The notes under the pieces are model-generated. The model saw only the letters and a program-made list of their open reading frames with translations. It did no database searches and was not told the DNA's origin. Positions 20,801 to 30,100 of a DNA stretch of 50,874 bases are shown here, piece after piece; position 1 is the stretch's first letter; each line of letters starts with the position of its first letter. This stretch comes from Acutalibacteraceae bacterium (lineage in GTDB: Bacteria > Bacillota > Clostridia > Oscillospirales > Acutalibacteraceae), in assembly GCA_036311185.1 (NCBI GenBank), contig JAXJQK010000068.1:1-50874 (forward strand), in the 5' to 3' direction. The position numbers and the translations under genes are program-made.

Positions 20801-23800
20801 AATTCTGCCATTGGAATACCATTCCTTTTACCCACATATCTGCGATTTTATCATATTTTCCTTTTTTTATCCATTGAACTACTAATTCAGATAAATCCTC
20901 ATCTTCATTCATAACATCAAAGAAATCATTCCATTTATCATTTTTACCAGCATAAACATTTTCATAACTTCCATTTGAAATATTAGAAAGCATTGCTTTT
21001 AATTCATCTAATGATTCTGCAACAAAAGCAGCTCTCTCTTCCATTGCTTCTCTACCTACAAGAAGAGTATATGAAATATCTGTAAGTCTATATATTCCAC
21101 TCTTTAAATTATTATCATTATTTTCTAGCCAATTTAACAGATCTGTAGCTTTCTGTTCTAACTGCTCCTTTGTACGTGCAGACAACAAGAATAATGGTAT
21201 TTCTTTCTCAGTTTGTTTTCCATTATCTCTATTGGTATTTTCTTCAACAATAACATGGGCATTTGTTCCGCCTGCACCAAAAGCAGATAAACCAGCTATA
21301 CGTGGGTATTGTTTCAATTGATTATCTTCCAAAATTTCTGGTTGTTTCCAATGCATAAGCTTATGAGGTACAGTACAAGGAGTTTGTTCAAAGGTTATTT
21401 TTTTATTTAATATACTAGAATGAATAGATGGTGCAATCTGTTTATACTTCATTTGCATTAAGATCTTTATTAATCCAGCAATACCAGCTGCACTTTCGCA
21501 ATGACCTATGTTTGATTTTACCGAACCAATTTGAACAAATTGTTTATCAGCAGTTACTGTATCAAACGCATGAGTAATACCTGCAATTTCAATTGGATCA
21601 CCTAATGCGGTTCCCGTTCCATGTGCTTCTATATATGAAATAGCTCGAGGTGATATTCCCGCTTTTTTCCATGCATCCAAAATAACTGCAGTCTGTGCCT
21701 TTGGATTAGGAACCGTATAACCATTAGTTTTTCCACAATGATTCACTGCTACACTTTTAATTACACCGTATATATGATCTCCATCAATTTCTGCTTGATG
21801 AAGGGGTTTTAAAACAACTGCACCTACACCTTCTCCAGGAACATATCCATCTCCGCCTTCACCAAAAGATTCACACTTTCCTTTTGTTGATAAAAATCTA
21901 CTCTGACCCAACATTAAAAATTTATTTGGATGTAATGATAAGTTAACACCACCTGCAATAGCTACATTACAATCACCATCCAAAATACTTTTACAAGCAA
22001 GCTGTAAAGCTGAAAGAGATGAAGAACACATAGAATCTACTGACATAGATGGACCATGGAATCCATATGTATATGAAACACGATTGGCAATAGAAGCCTC
22101 ACTTCCATTCAAACTATACATTTCTCCACGTGTTTGAGCCTGTGCTCCATATAACTGATAATCTTCATACATTACACCAACAAAAACACCAACATTATTT
22201 CGTAAACCATATTTTTCAGTCATATTCAAATTGTCTTTTGTATATCCTGCATCCTCCATAGCATGATATACACACTGCAAAAAAATTCTTTCCTGTGGAT
22301 CTATGGTTTCTGCTTCTATAGGAGATATATGAAAGAATAATGGATCGAAACATTCCGCATTTTCTAAAAAACCACCCCATTTAGCATATGTTTTTCCTGG
22401 CTTTGTCTTATCTTCGTCATAATACTCATTATGATTCCAACGATTATTGGAAATTGTACTAATGCAATCTTTACCTTCTTTTATATTTTCCCATAAAATC
22501 TCAACATTTTCAGCTTTTGGATACTGTCCAGCCAATCCTATTACAGCGATATCCCAACCATTAGACATATTAGGTTCTACAATTTTTTCAACCGTTTTTA
22601 TCGTAGTTTTAGGTTTAAATAAAACTTCTTGTTTTACCTTTGGTGTTTTATTTACCTTTTCTTTTATAAAACCTGTTTTCTCACAAACTTTTTTAAAATG
22701 TGATTTATAAAAATATTCTGACAATTCTCTTAAAGTTTGATATTCAAAGAAAAGTGTTTTCGGAAGTTGACCAAATTCTTTTTCAAGTGCATCTGTTAAA
22801 TCCATTGTCATAATTGATGTTAATCCAAATTCTTCAATTGGAACTCTTGCATCAATTCTACTAATTGGTAAATTAATTTGTTCAGAAAGAACTTGTTTCA
22901 AATATTTTTCAAAAGCCAATTTGGTTTTCTTTTCATCTGCATTATAAGTTTGTTCTTTTTCTGATTCTTTTTCTTCTGAAGTTCTCTCAAGCAACCAATT
23001 TTCAATTTTTTGCTGATCACCTTCCATAGGGATAAAATGACGTATATCTTTTTTTACAGCAAAATCTAAAATGTTAAACGCCTTTTCAGTTTGCAAAGGT
23101 TCCATTCCTGTAGCAGCTTTAATTCTGTTTATAGTCTTTTCATCAACTTGCATTCCTCCATCTTTCCAAAGAGGCCAATTTACAGAAATCATTCTACCAT
23201 TACTAGTTGTATTATTTCTTAATTTTGCATATGCATCTAAAAAACCATTAGCTGCTGCATAATCCGTCTGTCCAATATTTCCCTTTACACCTGCAGAAGA
23301 TGATACCAATAACCAAAAATCTATTTGTATATTTTCAAATGCTGATTCTAAATTAATTAGCCCCTGCATCTTTGGCATCAAAACTGATTTCACTTCTTGC
23401 TCGGTTTTTTTTACAAAAAATGCATCTTTATTTATTCCTGCTGCGTGAATTACTCCAGTGATTTTTCCGTATTTATCATATATTTTCTGTGCCAATTCTG
23501 AAACACTTTTCATATTACTTACATCACACTGAAAATAATCAACAATTACATTATTTAGAGCGATATTTTTTTGTTCGCAAATTTCAGCCACATTTTTATT
23601 TGATCTTCCAGTAAGAATAATTACAGAATTTTTGACAACTGAAGAAATATGTTCAGCAAATAAAAGACCTACACCACCGGCACCGCCCGTAATAAGATAT
23701 ATACCATTGTCTTTCCATAATGATTCATTTGCGTACTCATCTGAAGACTCCTCATCAAAAGCCTCTATTGTATAAACATATCTAATACCATTTTTATAAG

Positions 23801-24179
23801 CTACAATAGATTTTTCTGATATATCAAATTCTTTCTGTAAAATCTTATTTATTTCCTCACTACTTATATCGCTTTCCAAAAAAATAAGTTGTGGAACTAA
23901 ATTTGGATTTTCCAAATAAATTGAGTTGACAAATCCTACTAAACCTTCATATAAAGTAGAATCTTGTAAACAAAAAACAATCTGTACAATTATTTGTTCT
24001 CCTTTGTTTGTATCTGAAAGATTTTTAAAATATTCAAGTAATTCATTTACAACTTTCTCATATTCTTTATAACTATTCTCGTTTTTAATATAAAAGATAT
24101 TTATATTACTATCATTTTCACAATTATAATGAATATTTTCCATTGTAAACATTATACGTTTACGTCCTATCTCCATCAT
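14880..24179 (-). CDS. Trans-AT PKS protein 2: KR-ACP-KS3-DH-KR-ACP-KS4-DH(D>N)-KR structural subdomain
   Basis: KR TGGAGGVG and TGGFGGIG; ACP GLTS and GIDS; KS DSMCSS and DTMCSS; DH DHKVNGICTLP/IMDGALQ and DHIVGEKHVIP/LLNGVFQ; no AT. Start probably the ATG(ATG) overlapping the gene 1 TGA (ORF track gives 24200). Confidence 0.93.
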   Translation of the reverse strand: MMEIGRKRIMFTMENIHYNCENDSNINIFYIKNENSYKEYEKVVNELLEYFKNLSDTNKGEQIIVQIVFCLQDSTLYEGLVGFVNSIYLENPNLVPQLIFLESDISSEEINKILQKEFDISEKSIVAYKNGIRYVYTIEAFDEESSDEYANESLWKDNGIYLITGGAGGVGLLFAEHISSVVKNSVIILTGRSNKNVAEICEQKNIALNNVIVDYFQCDVSNMKSVSELAQKIYDKYGKITGVIHAAGINKDAFFVKKTEQEVKSVLMPKMQGLINLESAFENIQIDFWLLVSSSAGVKGNIGQTDYAAANGFLDAYAKLRNNTTSNGRMISVNWPLWKDGGMQVDEKTINRIKAATGMEPLQTEKAFNILDFAVKKDIRHFIPMEGDQQKIENWLLERTSEEKESEKEQTYNADEKKTKLAFEKYLKQVLSEQINLPISRIDARVPIEEFGLTSIMTMDLTDALEKEFGQLPKTLFFEYQTLRELSEYFYKSHFKKVCEKTGFIKEKVNKTPKVKQEVLFKPKTTIKTVEKIVEPNMSNGWDIAVIGLAGQYPKAENVEILWENIKEGKDCISTISNNRWNHNEYYDEDKTKPGKTYAKWGGFLENAECFDPLFFHISPIEAETIDPQERIFLQCVYHAMEDAGYTKDNLNMTEKYGLRNNVGVFVGVMYEDYQLYGAQAQTRGEMYSLNGSEASIANRVSYTYGFHGPSMSVDSMCSSSLSALQLACKSILDGDCNVAIAGGVNLSLHPNKFLMLGQSRFLSTKGKCESFGEGGDGYVPGEGVGAVVLKPLHQAEIDGDHIYGVIKSVAVNHCGKTNGYTVPNPKAQTAVILDAWKKAGISPRAISYIEAHGTGTALGDPIEIAGITHAFDTVTADKQFVQIGSVKSNIGHCESAAGIAGLIKILMQMKYKQIAPSIHSSILNKKITFEQTPCTVPHKLMHWKQPEILEDNQLKQYPRIAGLSAFGAGGTNAHVIVEENTNRDNGKQTEKEIPLFLLSARTKEQLEQKATDLLNWLENNDNNLKSGIYRLTDISYTLLVGREAMEERAAFVAESLDELKAMLSNISNGSYENVYAGKNDKWNDFFDVMNEDEDLSELVVQWIKKGKYDKIADMWVKGMVFQWQNFFSTENYRRISLPLYPFKKDRYWRPDRDKTGLNENVSSVIIDRIHPLIEKNVSDFTEQKYKTVFRTEDRILKDHKVNGICTLPAVAYFEMVQKSFLDAINKVNKRVEFSDVLWIKPCTIFDKEEKEVYVSFHPRDNEKAEFFVYSISNDNEMQQKEMYCTGTIALLSNEHTEKLSLQDLWANGEKIAEKTKIYECFERIGLKYGESHHSVHSIKKVDNFVLAKLHLPDFLVEDMKKYYLYPSIMDGALQAAIALGEEITVFDLEAEKLIETNAKIPFMIKKLIVSDGCSPDMWAIISEDKETEDRVNITLCDDNGNVCVVFKQVWYKKIGIEPEKKSYIMFEPVEQVLTEKNKKEENYSYRVIHTIGVEENLCNAIKNCGYWDECNVFYDKKNVLSIDEYKHYFTEAFKYIKKRMTDCKNQKTLIQVVVSNQCSVLLESISGIFKSIYQENPMFTGQCLVLEENKLNTVDDLKETEKYSHFPILYLGGNLKTIIYKDVNISNSHTTTWKDGGIYCITGGFGGIGKIFAKEIAQKTPNAKIALISRSVLDEKKKDFIKELKNLGAECQYYQADVSRKDSVNNMIKSIVEDFGGLNGIIHCAGITKDNFIIRKSLEEWNEVLSPKLDGTWYLDEACKDLKLDFFALFSSLTAVTGNIGQADYALANSFLDQFAVYRNQLVKRGERYGKTISFNWPFWKNGGIELDSNYIEAMKKRSGLLPIDDEVGIEAFYNAYSMNLERVVPLTGEIEQIKAMFKFKEEFEKEKEENNTEEIRPVNSIVDRETALKEYLIQVFSEKLLLKKDNIQEDTLFEYYGIDSIFATSITEYMEKDFGALPKTILFECQNIKSLAECLLQEYSKKVDELIYKKNNTLIDKNIYKTEKNITEEKNKNEAQTTYSRFIKTEESGNVEVVEEQDEIAIIGMAGSYAQSEDLNALWENLKAGKDCITEIPKERWDYNLYYNPDKDNSGTSYSKWGGFLRKIDEFDPLFFNISPSYAEIMDPQEKIFLETAYHAVEDAGYTKESFGYQPGGKVRRNVGVFVGVMNEEYQLYAAEEQLKGNPVVVSGNTSSVANRVSYFFDFHGPSLSIDTMCSSSLVAVHLACQSIQNKDCEMAIAGGVNVMIHPNKFLTISQSKFASTNGKCMSFGKGGDGYVPGEGVGALILKSKKKAIQDGDHIYGIIKGTSVNHGGKTSGYTVPNPNAQTEVIRTALDKAGVNARNVSYIEAHGTGTALGDPIEIRALSKAFKEDTEDCGYCAIGSVKSNVGHCESASGVVAISKVLLQMKYKQLVPSIHSEELNPNIVFEKTPFRVQRKLEEWDKIIIDDGNGTRECPRIAGVSSFGAGGTNAHVIIQEYEEVSEIDNDNRESVIVLSSQTEWGLKQMVANLKKHLEVYHNISLADISYTLVNGREHFDVALAFVVSSIEELKEKLQNYLVDNLVGIEIVKEKIDALVNQYNPIGKRISLPGYVFDNQRYWIQRTENGVFSHINKEKSITVTGKESYVRDHIVGEKHVIPGAALLELLRKYASQEKKQSISVIENIMWMRQIEVDEKSSVDLQVKLDDDKDNSFEVYNGKDVVFTGKIGYGISEIPRVSRKELKEIEKVCVTEIKRNECYDYFSSVGLPSGSTFIVIDSIYAGENSGYAILSEAQNMTDDAIISPALLNGVFQSVIGLMIDQENSSGLMLPFALEKLYLYKAFTKHCRVYIQKVQKTKKMQKFSILVTDDNYEPICLLDNFVLRAVSTGTEEQNIVISKDNYIQKKNYYTEEWEEKNLNEFSNNTLQGKNICILGKVPKFSEEVQMFMNSQNVVEVAYGEAMKEIDSNHYSIRCDMNEDFENLLLALEKQEKFPQKIILFADGADHTERMKKGLYSLVNLSKALMSCKPRERIEILFVYGFSEDEVVPEYAGVTGFVKAVQMENPTIVYKIVGVQKVSGLDAFSKESVNIINEFSCMEDVEVLLKEDTRMKKSVRRIEDL

Positions 24180-27100
24180 AATATCTCTTCCTTTTTCCAT
24201 TTTGGAATATAAATCTTACAATCATCAGAATTTGGTGTAGGTATTGATGATTCACTATTTTTATTTTTAAATATCATATTAGAAATTTTTGCACATGCAT
24301 AACCATCTTGGTTAATTAAAACTATATTCATTTTTCTAAACTGAGAATTAGAATTATTTTCTTCTAGTTCTAAACATGACCACATATGTTCTTGACATGG
24401 TTCGTAAATTTCCATACTATCAAAAGCAAATGGCAATGGTGCTAATTTACTTTGTTCCCCAACATTACTCTTTGTTTCAGAAATTTCAGTAAATCCAATT
24501 GCAGATTGTAGTGTACTATCTAACATAACGGGATTTATATAATAGTCATCATTGTTACTTTCATTTGCATTTAGTTTTGAAATAACTCTATTTTCACCTT
24601 TATATAATAATTCAATTCCCTGCATATATTTTCCATATGTTATTCCATTGGATTTAAAATAATCATAAATAACACTTGATTCTACTGATTTCATAGAAAT
24701 TGAATTTAAAAAAGTTTGTATTTCATATTTTTTATTTTCTTTTTTCGAAGATATTTCAACACTTCCTCGACAATAAATCAATTTTTTGTCTTGAGAATTA
24801 TAAATCTGAAAATTAAGTTCTTTTTCTTGAACTACATCAAACTTTACTTCTATATTAAGACCATCTTCTGATGCCGTTGCTGGATTAATCCAAACAACAT
24901 TTTTCAAAATTACATTTTCTTGGTTTGTAATTGAAGGAACAATCGTTCTAACACCTACTAAAACCAATTCTACACACGCTGCTGCAGGCATAATCTTTTC
25001 ACCAAATACCTGATGTGCTTCAAGAAAATGCTCTTTTCCTGTAAAATCAGAACTGAATTTCAAACCATATATATCTGAAATATTTTTATGCAAAACAGGA
25101 CTAATTCTACTACACTTATCATCTATACCAGATATAGTTTCTGTCTTCTGATTACAACTTACCCAATAACGTTCTTTTGAAAATGGGTATACTGGTAAAG
25201 AAATCTTCTGTGGAGAGTCCTCTTCATACAAAACATTCCAGTTAATTTTTGCGCCAATAGTCCATAGCTTAGCCAATTCTTCCCAATTATTATTTTTTAA
25301 CATTTCATCAATAGTGAATTTCTGTTGTGATTTCTTGAGAATATCTTTTAATTCTCCTTTATAGTCAAATACATTTCCAAAGAAAATATTATTTTGATTT
25401 CTAATTCCTTGTTTCCATAAAGTTAATTTCTGTACTAATTCTTTCAAATCATATGCAATTATTGCGAGTCTTTCCTCCATGGCTTCTCTTCCTACTTGCA
25501 ACATATATGCAATTTGTCTGCCTGAAAAAGCTGTAGAAAACTCTATTTTATTATCTTCTTCTAAAATATAATCTACTAAATTTTGAATATTCCAAATATT
25601 ATTTAGTGCATCTAAATCAATTTCCAATCCTTTTTCCTGTATAAGCCAATTCTGAAGTTTAGTACAAGATGATAGACAAATTCCATATTCACGAAAATCA
25701 AACTCAGAATCAATCTCTGAAACAGGTACACCTATTTCTTCAGCAAAAATGTTAACTAAAGTTTCTAAATATAAACCTCTTTTAGAGTCTGTCTTTAAAA
25801 ACTTTATATATGAATCAACGTATTCACTTAATCTTTCTTCATTTTTCGCAGAAAAAACATATAATTGTTTTTCGTCATTATAAAAATTCAATTTATTTTC
25901 CTGATTTTTATATTCCTCAACAATAACATGAGCGTTTGCTCCTCCTGCACCAAAACAACTGATACCAGCTCTGCGTATCTTTTTCTCAATACCATTTTCA
26001 ATATAAGATTTCTCTTTCCAATCTTCATATTTATGCTGTACATAAAATGGACTATTTTTGAAATCAATATAAGGATTCAAATTTTTTGAATGAAGTGATG
26101 GCACCAATTTCTGATATTTTAATTGAAGAAGAATTTTTGTTAATCCTGCAAGTCCCGAAGCACCTTCTAAATGTCCTATATTAGATTTTAACGCTCCAAC
26201 CGCACATGATTGTAATTTTAAATTACTATCTTTATACGCTTTTTTCAGTCCATCAATTTCAATAGGATCTCCTAAGGAAGTTCCTGTTCCATGTGATTCA
26301 ATATAACTGATACTATCAGGTGTAACATTAGCATTTGAAAGAGCTTCTTTTATAACCTCACTTTGTGAAACAGGACTAGGAACCGTAAAACCTGATGTTC
26401 TACCACCTGAATTAATTGCACTGCCTTTAATGACACCATAAATTTGATCTTTATCCTTTACTGCTTGACTAAGTGGCTTTAGAATAACTGTTCCAACACC
26501 CTCTCCAGGTACATATCCATCTCCATCCTGACCGAAACTTTTACATCTACCATCAGTTGATGCAAACTTTCCAAAACTTAATAATAGATATTTATTTTGA
26601 TGAATAGATAAATTTACACCGCCTACAAAAGCAACCTCAGATTCACCTCTTTTTATACTTTCACAAGCCAAATGTAATGCAGTTAAAGAGGATGAGCACA
26701 TTGTATCAGTCGCAATACTTGGACCTTTAAAATCAAAGAAATATGACACTCTATTTGCTATCGCCGCATAAGAAGAACTTGCAGGAACTACTTGATTATG
26801 TATTTCTCCATTAAACAGCTGGTACATTCCGTACATAACTCCAACAAAAACACCAACTTTTGATTTAGATAAACTCTCTCGTGTATATCCAGCATCTTCC
26901 ATTGCATGCCATGCTGATTCCAAATATAATCTCACTTGAGGATCTAAAAACTCTGCTTCTACAGGCGGAATATTAAAGAACAGTGGATCAAATTTATCAA
27001 CATCATTTATAAATCCTCCCCATTTGCTATATGTTGTACCTATACTATTTTTATTTGGATTAAATATCGCCTCATTATCCCATCTTTCTTTAGAGATTTC

Positions 27101-30100
27101 TATAATGCAATCTCTACCTTTTACAAGGTTATCCCAAAATTCATCTACATTATCAGCCATTGGATATTTACCACTTAACCCAATAACCGCAATATCTTCA
27201 ACTTCTTTTGTATGATTTGTATTTTCCTGAATTTGGGTTAATAATCTCGTTGATTTTTTCTCAACTATTTCAACACTTGCATCTTGTGGAAGTTCTGTTT
27301 CATCTGAAAATTCACTTATTAAAACATCCTTATAATTCTCTAAAAAATATTCTGCCAATTCTTTTATACATGTACATTCAAAGAATATCGTTTTCGACAA
27401 ATTACCAAAAGTTGGTTCTAATTTTCTCGTAATACTCAATGCCAAAATAGATTCTAAGCCAAAATCAAGAAACGATGCTTCTATATCCAATTTAGATTTT
27501 TTAATTTTAGTTTCTTTTGAAATAACATCCAAAAAGTACTCAATGGTTTTTTCCTTTAGTTCATCTTCATTCATATCTGAATGCGAAGCAGAACTATCAT
27601 TATCTACTTTTATATTTTTGATTAATACATCGCCAGAGTCTTGCATTACATCAATAGCTTTTTTAACATCACCATAGAACACCATAACTTGAGATTCGTT
27701 AGATTTAAGTGCGAATTCCAACGCTTGAATGCCAGTTTTACTTCCTATAGGAAGTAATCCAACAGCCTTTTCCATCCACAACTTTGATTCGTTATCAATA
27801 TCCATTCCACCTTTTTCCCAGAATGGCCAGTTTATCGAAATAGTTTTTCCGTGTCTATATCCTTTTTGAACAAGCAAGTTTCTCTTGTATGCAAAATTAT
27901 CCATAAAACTATTAGCATAACAATAATCCACCTGTCCTATATTACCAAACACTGATGCAAGAGAAGAATATAGCACAAAAAAGTCTAGCGGCTGTTTTCC
28001 TATTTTTTCATCTAAATTTTTTGTTCCTCGAATTTTAACCTCTAACACTTCATGAGCTTCTTCTATTTTCTTTGTAAAGAACAAAGCATCCCTAATTACA
28101 CCTGCAGAATGGAATACACCGTTTAAGTAACCATAGTGTTGTTCTATGTGTGAAAACAATTTATCTACATCATTTTTCTTTGTTATATCAGCTTGAAAAT
28201 ATTCACAAAATACACCTTTATCTGTCAAAGCTCTAATTTTTTCTTCTTTATCTTTAGACAATGAGCTTCTTCCTGTTAGAATTAATTTAACATTCTTTGT
28301 TTTTGCAACATATTCTGCTGTAATAAATCCAACTCCACCAATTCCTCCGATGATTAAATATACTCCACCTTCTTTTATTGTAACATTCTCTTTATTTTCT
28401 TCAACTATCTGATCAAAGCTAAACACATTTCGTGTTCCATTACTATAATTAACATAGCAGGTAGGTTCTATTACCGCATCTTCGTATTCAATAATTTCAA
28501 GATGTTTTTTTAGTTCCACCCTCTCTTGAATCTCAACCAAACGGAAATCAAATTCTTTATTTTCTGTTTGAATTCCACGGAACATTCCAACTAATGCTTG
28601 CTCTTCTGGTGAAACCAAAGCTTGATTATTTATAAAATAATACAAGCGGATTCCATCTGTCCATTTGTGTTTCACTAAAGATTTAATCAAATGAAATATT
28701 ACATCAAAATTATATAAATTTATATTTTGTGTATTAATTTCTATTTTAGATTTTAAATCTATAAACGCAAAATCAATTGTCTTGTAACCTTTCTTTTCTA
28801 TTTCAAGCAAAATATTTTCCCAGAAAGAAGGATTAGATATATCTCCAGAATATATATTTGGTTGTTCGAATTTCTCTACATCATTAAACAACAAGAAACA
28901 ATCTTTTAAATTGTTTTTGGTAAATTCTTCATTAAAGGAATCCACAACTAACTTATTTGATGTTATAACAACAATTGCTTTATGATATTTTGTATCTGTA
29001 AGCACATGCTCAATATTTTTTTCTTTCCATTTCGGAACAAAAAACGCTAAATCATTTATCTTTGATTTCTGTGTTTTTTCTATTTTTCTTAAATAAAGTC
29101 CCTTTATTTCTGTTACTAATATTCCATCAGTAGTACAAATAGAAATATCATATTTTCTACCTTTATCACCACCTAAACAAGTTGTATAAACTATACACTC
29201 TTTAGGCAATGCCTGAAATATAGATATTTCATCAATCGAAAAAGGTAAAAGTACTCCATCGTTTACTGCTTCACCTAATACAGCTACTGTTTGCATTGCT
29301 GCATCCAATACTCCCGGATTAATAATCATATCCACATCATTTTCAAATTCCGGTAATTTAATTTCAGAAATCGCTTCCGTTTTATTATGTAAAATATTAT
29401 AAATTCCTCTAAAACTCTCACCATACTGAATTTCAGTATCAATATATCGCTCATAAAAATCTTTTCCCGATACACAAAAAGTACAACGTTCTTTCACATT
29501 ATTCAATGTAGTCAACATCATTTTTTCAGTAATATTTGAATTATCACCATATAACACTGTACCTTGAGAATAACAAATATTTTGTTTTTCTTTATCTATA
29601 ATTTCAAAATTTGCTTTTGTTACTATACCACCATTTTCTTCAGGATAAAGCTTTAACTTAAGATTTCCTTTACAATCATCATAAACAACCTCATTCATCC
29701 ATACTATATTTTTTAACCCTGTTACTGAATATGTAGACGAAAATGAAGCAGCCGCTCTTGCCATTTCAATAATTGCTGCACCTGGAAGTACTTTTTTTCC
29801 ATGTACTAAATGGTCTTTTAAGAAATTTTCTTCTCCTGTAAACGCAGATTGAAAACTTTGGCTAAAAAAGTCAGATATATTTTCCTGTACCAAAGGATGA
29901 ATATAACTTTTTGTTTCTTCCTTTTTTTCACTTGAAACCCAAAACGCTTCTCTTTCATATGGATAAGTTGGAAGAGAGATTCTATATGGAATTTGATCTT
30001 TATATAAAATATTAGCCCAATCAATTATTTCTCCTGTAATCCACTGATTTGCCAATTTTACAAGATCAACATTTATATCATCTGAATAGATATTTTTTCC

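Noticed and set aside
9004..27451. ACP motifs GLES (twice) and GLTS as inactive carriers
   Set aside because: The Ser is in the canonical position; the residue before it varies in functional ACPs
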